A stretch of DNA of 32,000 nucleotides, taken from Candidatus Electrothrix sp. GW3-4 (GTDB taxonomy: Bacteria; Desulfobacterota; Desulfobulbia; Desulfobulbales; Desulfobulbaceae). The translations under genes and the position numbers were made by a program. The first letter of the stretch is position 1; every line of letters begins with the position of its first letter. The stretch is from contig NZ_CP147990.1 of the NCBI RefSeq assembly GCF_037902255.1, positions 4,440,001 through 4,472,000 of the forward strand, written 5' to 3'. Positions 1 to 8,654 of this stretch are shown piece by piece. The notes beneath the pieces were generated by a model, which did not search any database, was not told the origin of the DNA, and saw only the letters and a list, made by a program, of their open reading frames with translations.

Positions 1-53
1 GTCATCCCAGACAAATCTTTTCTTAATCAATACGTTCCATTTACTTTCTTGTC

Positions 54-1079
54 TTATTCCGGGATGTTCATCTTTATTATCTCCAACAGGAATTCCGCCG
101 CCTTTGCGATGTCATAATCCGTCACCACCTTTTCCTTTCCTTTCTGGCCCATGGTCTTTAGCAGTTCTTCCTGCGCCACAAGCCGGTAGATGAATTCATT
201 CCAATCCTTTTCCGCCCCGGCCAAAAAACCTTGTTTGCCGTGCTCAATTATGTTGCTCAACACCCCCACAGGGCTGGCGATCACCGGGATGCCCATTGCC
301 ATGTATTCCAGGGCTTTAAATCCACATTTTTTTTCATTAAACGCATTGGGTAGAACCGGATATAGCCCGATATCAAAGTCCGCAAGCTGGTTTCTAACCG
401 CCTCAGAATCCCCCCAAGGGATTTGGTCGATAAGTTCCGCTTCAACTCCGGCAATATTGGAGAACGCATTATAGAGCCGTCTATCCCCGCATGCGCCAAC
501 CAGTTTGAACCGCACCTGAAGGGTTGCCCCGGTCTGCTGAAGCGGCCCGGAAAGAATTGTAATCAGATCCTCGGCATAATGGGGACCATTTCCGATCCAG
601 CCTAAACAAACAGGCCTTCCCGGTGCTTTTTTCTCCAGTGGGGCATAATTTTCCAGTTTCACGCAGGTTGGCAGATAAAACGTATTTTCATTATATTCTT
701 TGGCATATTCCAACAAGGATTGGCTGCCAGCCATGACTGCTGATGCGTTTGACATCATTTTTCCGGCGTTTTTTAAAGTTACCGGACTGTTGATCCGGGA
801 CGGAGCATCATCCAGATCAAAAATGGTGATTTTGCCGAGACTGTTGGCCAGACCCATCAGCCGGACATGCCATTTGGAAGCATTTTTCTGGAAAAAAATC
901 ACATCATGGATCGGTATTTTTTTTAGGATTTTCAGCAGTGCCTGTCGCCCGCCTCCGGCAACTATGGTGCATTTAATGCCCCGCTTTTCCAGCTCTTCGG
1001 CCATCCAGTACCCCCGCACTCGGGAGCTGGCCTTGGTCCGGTCGCCCAGCAGACAGAAGAGGATTTTTAATTGCGGCAT
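54..1079 (-). CDS. Glycosyltransferase, GT-B fold, family 1 (GT4-like), copy A
   Basis: 341-aa ORF. The C-terminal half carries a GT1-type signature (GFKALEYMAMGIPVIASPVGV). Its start overlaps the stop of the upstream methyltransferase by 13 nt. The N-terminal ~280 aa are almost identical to ORF 3777..4805. Confidence 0.85.
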   Translation of the reverse strand: MPQLKILFCLLGDRTKASSRVRGYWMAEELEKRGIKCTIVAGGGRQALLKILKKIPIHDVIFFQKNASKWHVRLMGLANSLGKITIFDLDDAPSRINSPVTLKNAGKMMSNASAVMAGSQSLLEYAKEYNENTFYLPTCVKLENYAPLEKKAPGRPVCLGWIGNGPHYAEDLITILSGPLQQTGATLQVRFKLVGACGDRRLYNAFSNIAGVEAELIDQIPWGDSEAVRNQLADFDIGLYPVLPNAFNEKKCGFKALEYMAMGIPVIASPVGVLSNIIEHGKQGFLAGAEKDWNEFIYRLVAQEELLKTMGQKGKEKVVTDYDIAKAAEFLLEIIKMNIPE

Positions 1080-1270
1080 CTTGTTATTCTCTCACCGCAT
1101 AATTCTGAAAGAATTTCATCATTTGAAAACGCCTCATGTCGCTTGTGGCCAAGGAAATACAATGCAGACGCCCCCCCCAGTGCTCCCTCTTTTGAAATCA
1201 GGAAATAATCAAAATATTTTATCCAGAATCCGGAAAACAGTGCCAAGCGCAGCAAAAGCGCCTTTACATA
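250..1270. repeat. Copy A of a ~1.0-kb direct duplication (5' three-quarters of the GT gene plus the 3' end of the methyltransferase gene)
   Basis: By-eye alignment with 3975..4998. Identity rises from clearly diverged near 250/3975 to near-perfect at 700-1250/4430-4980. Boundaries are approximate. Confidence 0.8.
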
Positions 1271-1837
1271 TTTACGATCTGAAAATGAAGACAAAAAAGA
1301 AACCCAAGCCCAGAACAAGGCAGTTGCGGGCCCAGCAATGGGGCCGCTTTCAACTTCATCAAACTCACGGAAAAGAAGTCGGTGCCCCAAAAAAGTGAAT
1401 CGCTGGAAGTCATAGGGAAATTCATGTACCTGCTGCAAAAAAGGAGTTTCTGCGTAGATATAGCCTTTTTCCCTCAGCACCCGGCTCATTTCACTGACGC
1501 ACTGAATCGGATCAAATACATGCTCCAGCACCGCCTGAACCACGACCGCGTCAAAACAGCCATCCGGGAATGGCAGCGCATGGGCGTCGCATAGCATTTG
1601 CACGCGAGGGCCATGTTGAATATCAGTTTCCACCGCTTCAATCCCCGCAGTGCCTAAAAGTTCACTCATGCCAGCGCCCAATTTCCGGCCGCCGACCACA
1701 AGCACCTGCGGGCGGTTATAATCTTGCGTCAGCCTGCTGGCAAGGAGACGATAATTGTTGACCGAACGCAGATTTAGGGATCGTGAAGGCGTACATGCTG
1801 CTAAGCATTTTTTTATGAATATTTTCATATCTGTCAT
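1067..1837 (-). CDS. Class I SAM-dependent methyltransferase (Methyltransf_11-like)
   Basis: 256-aa ORF. It has a VLVVGG.KLG..M glycine-rich SAM loop followed by LPFPDGCFDAVVVQAVLEHV and LREKGYIY, typical of type-11 methyltransferases. It is translationally coupled to the GT at 54..1079. Confidence 0.8.
   Translation of the reverse strand: MTDMKIFIKKCLAACTPSRSLNLRSVNNYRLLASRLTQDYNRPQVLVVGGRKLGAGMSELLGTAGIEAVETDIQHGPRVQMLCDAHALPFPDGCFDAVVVQAVLEHVFDPIQCVSEMSRVLREKGYIYAETPFLQQVHEFPYDFQRFTFLGHRLLFREFDEVESGPIAGPATALFWAWVSFLSSFSDRKYVKALLLRLALFSGFWIKYFDYFLISKEGALGGASALYFLGHKRHEAFSNDEILSELCGERITRCRN
1171..1178. repeat. Homopolymeric C8 tract (G8 on the coding strand) inside the methyltransferase gene
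   Basis: Sequence ...gcagacg cccccccc agtgc... encodes LGGA on the minus strand. The paralogous fragment at 4866-4874 reads cgccccccc, which is interrupted and 1 nt longer. Confidence 0.9.
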
Positions 1838-1974
1838 CGAAATTTCCTTGAGACCTTCCCGTGCCAGATGATATCAGGTCTTGAAGATGGCGCGTATATT
1901 CTGCCCCATACGCCCTTTTACTGAGCGAAGATGCCGAAGCCACCGTTTCCGTTCCAAAAAAAAACGAAGCGCAA

Positions 1975-2286
1975 TCGTTTGCACGCCGTTCACCAATCTG
2001 GCATCTTTGGCTGGTCGTCCTTGATGCGGGTCCAAAGTTCGATAATATCTGATGGCGAACTCATCCCACGGAATAACTTTCTGCCATTTTATCCATCTGT
2101 TTTCTGGGTTCAGTTTTCCTCCGAACGGAAGGCTGAATCCTTCAAGGGTGAGCTGTCTATCACTGGTGTACCTGATCATGTGCATGCCTTATGAGAGGGT
2201 GATCGTTAAAAGCATGCATATTTTACAATATTTTTATTGAAATTTCATTTTAAATCAGCGCATTGAGACTTTTCAAGGGCAATCTA
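1975..2286 (-). mobile_element. Truncated IS5-family element (5' end only, ~300 bp)
   Basis: 1988..2286 aligns almost perfectly with 24826..25128 of the full copy. The first 65 codons of ORF 1874..2185 equal the N-terminus of the 516-aa transposase with one Q/H difference. Homology is lost left of about 1975-1988. Confidence 0.85.
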
Positions 2287-2308
2287 GTACAGCGCGGCGC
2301 AAATAACC

Positions 2309-3064
2309 CTATGCTTTTAACGGCAACCCATTAAATGTCCATTTGTATGGTTTTGCCATTGTCGCATTAAAGTAATCAATAAAGTCGAGCAATTTGCTCC
2401 TGAGATCTTTTTTTGATGTAAAATTACCTCTTTTAATGATTTTCTTAGTAAGAATACCAAACCAAATTTCTACTTGATTGAGCCATGAACAGTGTTTTGG
2501 GGTATAAACAAAGCGAATTGCATGGTCTTTCTTCCTGAGAAATTCGGCTCTGCTTTTCATTGATTTCAAAATGCCTTGTTTCCCTTTGACGCCTAAATTA
2601 TCTTTTATTTCGCATAATTCACTGACCAACTTGACAAGTGATTCCGACTTATGAGTATTGAGCTGATCAGCCACAAAGACCCACTCCCGAGTTTCCGGAT
2701 CGCTTAATATAAGGCTTCGAATATGTTCGCAAAAATCATGTTCGTCCCGAGTGTCTCCTATGCTGGGAGAGACGACTTCACCGGTCACTACGTCAAAGTT
2801 TGCAATGAGCGAGAGTGTTCCGTGCCTGATGTACTCAAACTCAATCCGCTCCGGCTTTCCCGGCTCTATCTTTTTTGTCGGATTTTTCCTCTCAAGAGCC
2901 TGTATTCCGGTATTTTCATCAATACTGATGGTTCGCCTGCCGTTTATTACCGCCTTTCGGGGAGCTTCGTGGTATGTTTCACAGACATCTTTCACTTCTA
3001 AAACAAACAGTTCTTCATTGTCATGATTGGGATTGAGCCAATACCGACTATGATGAGGTTTCAC
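2309..3064 (-). CDS. IS630-family transposase, DDE catalytic part
   Basis: 251-aa ORF beginning KPHHSRYWLNP, then ISIDENTGIQALER, and later FVADQLNTHKS and SWLNQVEIWF. This is the characteristic IS630/Tc1-mariner-like DDE_3 layout. Confidence 0.8.
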   Translation of the reverse strand: MKPHHSRYWLNPNHDNEELFVLEVKDVCETYHEAPRKAVINGRRTISIDENTGIQALERKNPTKKIEPGKPERIEFEYIRHGTLSLIANFDVVTGEVVSPSIGDTRDEHDFCEHIRSLILSDPETREWVFVADQLNTHKSESLVKLVSELCEIKDNLGVKGKQGILKSMKSRAEFLRKKDHAIRFVYTPKHCSWLNQVEIWFGILTKKIIKRGNFTSKKDLRSKLLDFIDYFNATMAKPYKWTFNGLPLKA

Positions 3065-3605
3065 ATCGGTTTCTTTTTAAAAATCGGCCCACTTGACGGT
3101 CCGAAATTCCAGAGGTTATCCCACGCTTATTGCATTCATCCGCCAATTCCCTACTGCTCCATTGAGAAATTGGACGACCGCTTTCTTCGGGATGCTCCAG
3201 TGCAACTGCTAAAATCTGACAATATTGTTCTGAAGAATAAGTTACTGGTGCTCCCGGACGCGGATTATCTTTTAAAACTTCTCGAATACTTTTTTCCAAC
3301 TGATTGGCATTTTGGGGATCAGTCTCTATTTGCATTAAAGTATCTTGGTTGGCCAGCCACTTGTATCTCCAATGTTTAACCTTGTCGATACTGCAACTCA
3401 TGACTTTTGCAATCTTTGAGTTCGGTTTTCCTTTCTCAATCTCCAATATTAAAGAAGCCCGACTTACCTCACGAAAATCAGCTGTTGATTGTCGAGCTAT
3501 TTTTGACAAAATTTCTTTCTGTTGTTCGGAAACAGCAATTGATGGCGATTTGGGTGTAGGCATTTTCGAATCCATGTGTTGCAAGATTGTTGTCAATATA
3601 CGCAA
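3048..3605 (-). CDS. IS630-family transposase, N-terminal HTH part
   Basis: 185-aa ORF with helix-turn-helix-like segments. It ends in ...VGRFLKRN at a T5A5 tract, where the frame changes into ORF 2309..3064. Confidence 0.75.
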   Translation of the reverse strand: MRILTTILQHMDSKMPTPKSPSIAVSEQQKEILSKIARQSTADFREVSRASLILEIEKGKPNSKIAKVMSCSIDKVKHWRYKWLANQDTLMQIETDPQNANQLEKSIREVLKDNPRPGAPVTYSSEQYCQILAVALEHPEESGRPISQWSSRELADECNKRGITSGISDRQVGRFLKRNRCETSS

Positions 3606-3776
3606 TCAAAAAGGATTCATGATACAATATTATTGTGCAAAAAAGCAGTGTTTAATTTACGCTGAGCTGTACTAGTTATGCTTGGGTGATGAGATGAGAC
3701 TTCACTAATTTTTGTGCCTGCCTCAAACGTCAAACTGAACGCATGACCAAGGATAATAATCACTTTTGGGTTCATT

Positions 3777-4805
3777 TTAAGAAAATTTTCTTAAGCAAGT
3801 TATCACGTTGAGCAGAAAATCAGCATGTTGGCCTATATCGTATTCAGTCTCAACCTTTAATCGTCCCTTCTTTCCCATAATTTTACGTTTATCAGAAGCT
3901 GTAGATAGAAAGGCAATTGCATTTGCCCAGCCATCTTCTGAATCTGGCAGCAAACCATCCTTGCTATGCTCAATAATATCACATAACACCCCTACTGGAC
4001 TGGCTATTACCGGGATGCCCATTGCCATGTATTCCAGTGCTTTAAATCCACATTTGTTTTCATTAAACGCATTGGGTAAAATCGGATATAGCCCAATATC
4101 AAAATCCGCAAGCTGGTTTCTAACAGCCTCAGAATCTCCCCAGGGAATCTGGTCGATAAGTTCCGCTTCAACTCCGGCAATATTTGAAAACGCATTATAC
4201 AGCCTTCTGTCCCCGCATGCGCCCACCAGTTTGAACCGCACCTGCTGGGCCGCCCCGACCTGTTGAAGCGGCCCGGAAAGAATTTTAATCAGATCCTCGG
4301 CATAATGGGGACCATTCCCGATCCAGCCTAAACAAACAGTCTTTCCCGGTGCTTTTTTCTCCAGTGGTGCGTAATTTTCCAGTTTTACACAGGTAGGCAG
4401 ATAAAACGCATTTTCAATATATTCTTTGGCATATCCCAACAAGGGTTGGCTGCCAGCTATGACTGCTGATGCATTTGCCATCATTTTACCGGCGTTTTTC
4501 AAAGTTACCGGACTGTTGATCCGGGACGGAGCATCATCCAGATCAAAAATGGTGATTTTGCCGAGACTGTTGGCCAGACCCATCAGGCGGACATGCCATT
4601 TGGAAGCATTTTTCTGGAAAAAAATCACATCATGGAATGGTATTTTTTTCAGGATTTTCAGCAGTGCCTGTCGCCCGCCCCCGGCAATTATGGTGCATTT
4701 AATGCCCCGCTTTTCCAGCTCCTCGGCCATCCAGTACCCCCGCACTCGGGAGCTGGCCTTGGTCCGGTCGCCCAGCAGACAGAAGAGGATTTTTAATTGC
4801 GGCAT
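3777..4805 (-). CDS. Glycosyltransferase, GT-B fold, family 1 (GT4-like), copy B with a divergent C-terminus
   Basis: 342-aa ORF. It is near-identical to copy A through about residue 280. The last ~60 aa are unrelated in sequence (LLPDSEDGWANAIAFLSTASDKRK... versus FLAGAEKDWNEFIYRLVAQEELLK...). Confidence 0.85.
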   Translation of the reverse strand: MPQLKILFCLLGDRTKASSRVRGYWMAEELEKRGIKCTIIAGGGRQALLKILKKIPFHDVIFFQKNASKWHVRLMGLANSLGKITIFDLDDAPSRINSPVTLKNAGKMMANASAVIAGSQPLLGYAKEYIENAFYLPTCVKLENYAPLEKKAPGKTVCLGWIGNGPHYAEDLIKILSGPLQQVGAAQQVRFKLVGACGDRRLYNAFSNIAGVEAELIDQIPWGDSEAVRNQLADFDIGLYPILPNAFNENKCGFKALEYMAMGIPVIASPVGVLCDIIEHSKDGLLPDSEDGWANAIAFLSTASDKRKIMGKKGRLKVETEYDIGQHADFLLNVITCLRKFS

Positions 4806-4998
4806 CTTGTTATTCTCTCACCGCATAATTCTGAAAGAATTTCATCATTTGAAAACGCCTCATGTCGCTTGCGGCCAAGAAAATACAATGCAGACGCGCC
4901 CCCCCAGTGCTCCCTCTTTTGAAATCAGGAAATAATCAAAATATTTTATCCAGAACCCGGAAAACAAGGCAAGACGTAGCAAAATCGCCTTTAAATAT
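3975..4998. repeat. Copy B of the ~1.0-kb direct duplication
   Basis: Aligns with 250..1270. It ends exactly at the ISL3 insertion site. Confidence 0.8.
4793..4998 (-). pseudogene. 3' fragment of a duplicated SAM-methyltransferase gene
   Basis: 206 nt homologous to 1067..1270. It carries a 1-nt length difference in the poly-C region. Homology ends at the ISL3 target duplication (4991-4998). Confidence 0.8.
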
Positions 4999-5007
4999 GG
5001 GTCTTTG

Positions 5008-5379
5008 TCATAATTGCAGAACAGGTGGCATAGCCTCTTGCCTGATTTTCAGGTAAAGGTAGTCAAGATCGCGGTAGCCACATGCACGTTTTACAATCCT
5101 ACTGATTGTAGCATTGAATGCTTCGAGTTTAGCCGAGGTAACCCGATGCGTAATCCAGGCCAGAATTTCATTTCTATCTCGGTCTACACCCTTTGCAAAC
5201 TTGACCAATGGCTCAAGACCTGTTTTTTTGACCCATTCAATCCATCTGTCGAGGAACTTGGAAGCCCACTTGGGACGTACGTAAGTCCAGAGGGTTGCAA
5301 ATGCATCTTTGAGGAGATAGCCCTGAAAAAGCCCTTTGTTCACCTCAAAGAGTTTATAGTCTTCTAATCGGTCTAAAAC
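5008..5379 (-). pseudogene. ISL3 transposase, C-terminal part (interrupted)
   Basis: ...LEAFNATISRIVKRACGYRDLDYLYLKI is the conserved ISL3 C-terminus. Joining 5953 to 5379 restores an in-frame ...DDLIE/VLDRLEDYKLF... protein. Confidence 0.8.
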
Positions 5380-5952
5380 CCTCGACTTCCAGTCGAGCAT
5401 TTTCAAAACATAATGCGGGAGAAATTATTGACAAAATCGTATCGATAATGCACGATGCGATGCTATGAAACAATACAGCAGAGGTTCTCACACCACGTAT
5501 CATCATCGATATCATATTGTGTGGATTACGAAATACCGATACAAATTGCTTCGCGGTGCTCTTCAGCAGCGAGTGCGGGAGATTGTTGCTCAGGTTGCGG
5601 AAGAGTTCGGCGTCCATATTGTCAACGGTGTTGTATCGTCCGATCATGTACATATTTTCGTTTCCATCCCGCCCCATGTAAGAGAAAGCGACCTGGTGAA
5701 AGTAATGAAGGGTCGAAGTTCCCGGAAAGTCCAACAGGAGTTCCCGGAGTTGAGGAAACGCTATTGGGGGCGGCATTTTTGGGCGCGAGGATATTTCAGT
5801 GTGACCAGCGGCAATGTGACTGACGAAATGATCGACGAATATATTAACAATCATGCTGATGCTCATAATCGTAACGATGCTGAAAATATATCTTTAGAGT
5901 GAGCGCGACTTCCAGTCAGATAACAAATCTACCGACTTCAGTCGGTAGTGGT
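5380..5952 (+). mobile_element. IS200/IS605-family element (tnpA only) nested in ISL3. Boundaries are approximate, about +/-10 nt.
   Basis: Subterminal hairpins sit at 5381-5397 (CTCGACTTCCAGTCGAG) and 5929-5948 (CTACCGACTTCAGTCGGTAG). A third CGACTTCCAGTC copy lies at 5905-5916. The element encodes a Y1 HUH transposase. The boundaries were chosen as the interval whose removal restores the ISL3 frame. Confidence 0.75.
5465..5902 (+). CDS. tnpA: IS200-type Y1 (HUH) transposase TnpA
   Basis: 145 aa. It carries YHHRYHIVWITKYRYKLL, DHVHIFVSIPP (the HUH motif) and WARGYFSVTSG (the catalytic Tyr region), a canonical IS200 TnpA layout. Confidence 0.92.
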   Translation: MKQYSRGSHTTYHHRYHIVWITKYRYKLLRGALQQRVREIVAQVAEEFGVHIVNGVVSSDHVHIFVSIPPHVRESDLVKVMKGRSSRKVQQEFPELRKRYWGRHFWARGYFSVTSGNVTDEMIDEYINNHADAHNRNDAENISLE

Positions 5953-6819
5953 TTCAATGAGATCATCACGTTGATCATCTTTAAGTTTATGGGCATTGCG
6001 AAGAAGATTGAAGCGTTGTCCCTTGATGAACTGCTTATCTTCTGTATTCGCGTTGCGCCACTCGGCACGCCGTACCTCGTCGATGGCAGTATTGAGGTTG
6101 CTGACAATGTGGAATTTATCAAAAATAATTTGAGCCGTTGGGGCATACTGCTGAATAACGCTTTTATATGAACCGGCCCGGTCGATGCCCACAGCCTTAA
6201 TTTTCTCGATTTGTTGTGGGGACAGTTTCTGAAAGAATGACTCTAATGAAGTCTTTTTCTTTCCCTCTGCCAGATGAAGGACTTCGCCGGTTTCTCCGTT
6301 GATGACGACAGTCATGTACTGATGACCAGCCCCTATGGATTTTTCATCGACCAAGATGATACCCAAATGGTCCAGATCTGGGGCTGGCAGGCACTGAGTA
6401 AGTATCTGTTTATCCCATCTCCTGGCTGTACTTGCTGAGATAGGGAGAAAATGCGGGATCTTGTCTGCTGCCATAAAACGGCACAATCTGCAAACATAAT
6501 GCATGAGTCGCCGGGTTGCATGAGCGGAGTTGTCAATCCCCGGTGGGTGCAGTGTAAAATAACACTTACAGGAGCTGCAATACCCTTGCAGAGCTTCGTA
6601 GAGAATTTGCACTAACTTCACTGGCCCTATGGGCAGATCGTATGCACTTTGTATGACCGTTCTATTCAAACCTGATTTTCGGGAACAGCAGGGGCAGTAA
6701 ATATTGCGTCTTCTGTCCTGACGGAGTTTGACAACTGCAAGAGCCGATGTTACGTGGATGTGTTCAATGATCCAACCAGGAAAGTCGTATACATAACGGA
6801 ACAAGGGGTGACTGGTCAT
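5953..6819 (-). pseudogene. ISL3 transposase, N-terminal part (interrupted)
   Basis: It has an N-terminal Cys-rich zinc-finger region (CPCCSRKSG...CSSCKCYF), then ILVDEKSIGAGHQYMTVV and AVGIDRAGSY, typical of ISL3 transposases. The reading frame is broken by the IS200 insertion. Confidence 0.85.
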
Positions 6820-6974
6820 AACAGAAATCCTCCATATCGAGTAACCTGGACAATTAATTGTTATGGTAACACTTTTTGTCAGTCATTCCCCTATAATTTT
6901 CTGCAACTATGACAAAGAGCCTTAAATATTTTCTCACGTTTTTGGGTGAGCACCCGTTTTGAAAAACAAAGGTA

Positions 6975-7025
6975 TCCTAACGCGGGCTTTGCCCGCAACC
7001 CAATGACTGTAGAAGTAGAGCCGTT
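6975..7025. repeat. Hairpin-containing short repeat, copy 1
   Basis: ACGCGGGCTTTGCCCGCAACCCAATGACTGTAGAAGTA. GCGGGC-TTT-GCCCGC forms a perfect 6-bp GC stem (6982-6996). A 16-nt exact match (6989-7004) is found in inverted orientation at 22583-22598. Confidence 0.7.
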
Positions 7026-7036
7026 TCTCATGTAAA

Positions 7037-8539
7037 ATGAAAGTATCCCAACAACTTTCCAGATACAAAAAGGAACGACTCATGAAAGCATTAATAGACA
7101 GGTTCTCCAGTTCAGTCAAGGGCGTACTCTCAGGATTTGATCGTATTGTTTTCAAAGGATGGCTTCTGCCCCTGATGTTCGCCTCCCAGGTAATGAGCTT
7201 TCTCAGTTTTAAAGGCGTACTCAACAAAGACTATAAAAACTGGATGATTGCCCAAACAAGAGAGATAGTCAACACTGCGGACCAATATGCCCGTGATAAC
7301 TGTGGATCTCCCATTATCAAGATTCCGACATGGCGTATTCGAAAAGAAGAACTTGCCCATAAACGCCAACAGCAGGAACAGATTAAAACCGGACTGATCG
7401 GCGTCTGGTCCTGTATGGAAAGTGCCTCATCTTACCGGGCTGTGTATTGCAAACAGGCGGGTTTCCCGCAAATCAAAAATTATCAAACCCAATGTAAGCA
7501 TCTGTATTTTTACTTTGATGACAGAGAGTTCGGTTTTATGAACATACGGTTGCAGACCTGGTTTCCCTACCATATCCAGATGTGCCTCAACGGTCGTAAA
7601 TGGCTGCGCCGGGGACTTGAACAGGAAGGTATTGACTTTCATGTTCACGGAAACAAGTTTCTCCATATTGCCGATTACCAAAAAGCGCAACAACTGCTCG
7701 ACCAACAGCTGAACATCCGTTTTACAGGTATACTTGACGGCTTTACGCAACGAGTTTTTCCCGGAATGGAAGATATTCTCGGACCACATTTTTCGTATTA
7801 TTGGACCTTATGGCAGAGCGAATGGGCCACGGATCTTATTTTCTACAACCCCGATTCCATAAAAGATCGTATGGATACTTTGTTGCGGCACGCCCATATA
7901 ATCGGGACAAGCACTCGCGTCCTGCGTTATCTTGATCGACCTCTGACCAAAGCCGGTCGCCCTGATGGCCGTTCTCATGATACTGTTATGACTCGCCTCA
8001 CGGATTTCAACGACGGTATGTGTATTCGCCACTGGAATGATAAGAATTCTGTTAAATTGTACAATGAGCAGAATAATGTCCGAGTGGAAACAACCATCAA
8101 TGATCCCAGAAAATTTAAAGTATTTCGCCACAAACAGGGTCAGGATGAAAACGAACCGAAGCAACGATTGCCCATGCGCAAAGGCGTAATGGATATACCG
8201 TTGCGGGCATCGGTTTCTCAGGATGTCAACAATCGCTTTATGGAGGATCTTGCGACGCTGGAGGAGAAGACTCCGATTCGTTCGTTTCTTGACGATTTGA
8301 CTGTTCATATAATGAAAAACGGTCGTCGTTTTCGTGGCCTTGATCCGGTCGGTAAGGACCAGGAGCTACTTCTTGCTTTGTCCGATCCCGCATACATGGT
8401 TTCCGGTCTAACCAACAAAATGCTTCGGGAGCGGTTGTCGACTACTCCTTTTGGCTCCAGTTGCACGGACAAACAGTTATCAGCCAAAATAAGTCGTCAC
8501 CTTCGACTGTTGAGGAGTCACGGAATTATCCGAAAACTT
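7037..8539 (+). pseudogene. Large ORF of the unclassified element, 5' portion, interrupted by IS3
   Basis: The 501-aa ORF ends artificially at the IS3 junction. A more likely start is the ATG at 7082, preceded by AAAGGAA. No transposase motif is recognisable by eye. Confidence 0.7.
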
Positions 8540-8654
8540 TAAAGTGGACCCCATCGTCAACACAAAATTTGGCATAATTTAAGATAGATTTTGGGCTAAC
8601 AACAAACTCGCTTATCTGATGATTTTCTCCTCTATTTGACTGAAGTGTATCTCT

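Larger units (their letters stand above)
2287..3672 (-). mobile_element. IS630-family insertion sequence (1386 bp) with TA target duplication
   Basis: Imperfect terminal inverted repeats: GTACAGCGCGGCGCAAAT at 2287 and the reverse complement of GTACAGCTCAGCGTAAAT ending at 3672. It is flanked by TA at 2285-2286 and 3673-3674. It encodes HTH and DDE_3-type ORFs. Confidence 0.85.
4999..6921 (-). mobile_element. ISL3-family insertion sequence carrying a nested IS200-like element
   Basis: Terminal inverted repeats: GGGTCTTTGTCATAATTGCAGAA at 4999, and the reverse complement of GGCTCTTTGTCATAGTTGCAGAA ending at 6921 (21/23 match). A perfect 8-bp TSD TTAAATAT lies at 4991-4998 and 6922-6929. Confidence 0.9.

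Noticed and set aside
190-1398. Plus-strand ORFs 190..474, 423..605 and 700..1398 (232 aa), and the equivalent ORFs 3808..4266 and 4426..4935.
   Set aside because: They lie entirely antisense to well-supported glycosyltransferase and methyltransferase genes. They have low-complexity, Arg/Ser/Pro-rich composition and recur only because the underlying genes are duplicated. They are shadow ORFs.
1874-2185. A 103-aa ORF considered as a small independent gene.
   Set aside because: Its first 65 codons are the N-terminus of the 516-aa IS5-family transposase. The rest is read-through into unrelated sequence. It is a truncated transposase remnant.
5354-5866. Minus-strand 170-aa ORF and plus-strand 122-aa ORF overlapping IS200 tnpA.
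   Set aside because: They are antisense or out of frame with the canonical TnpA, which has all IS200 motifs. They have no recognisable features.
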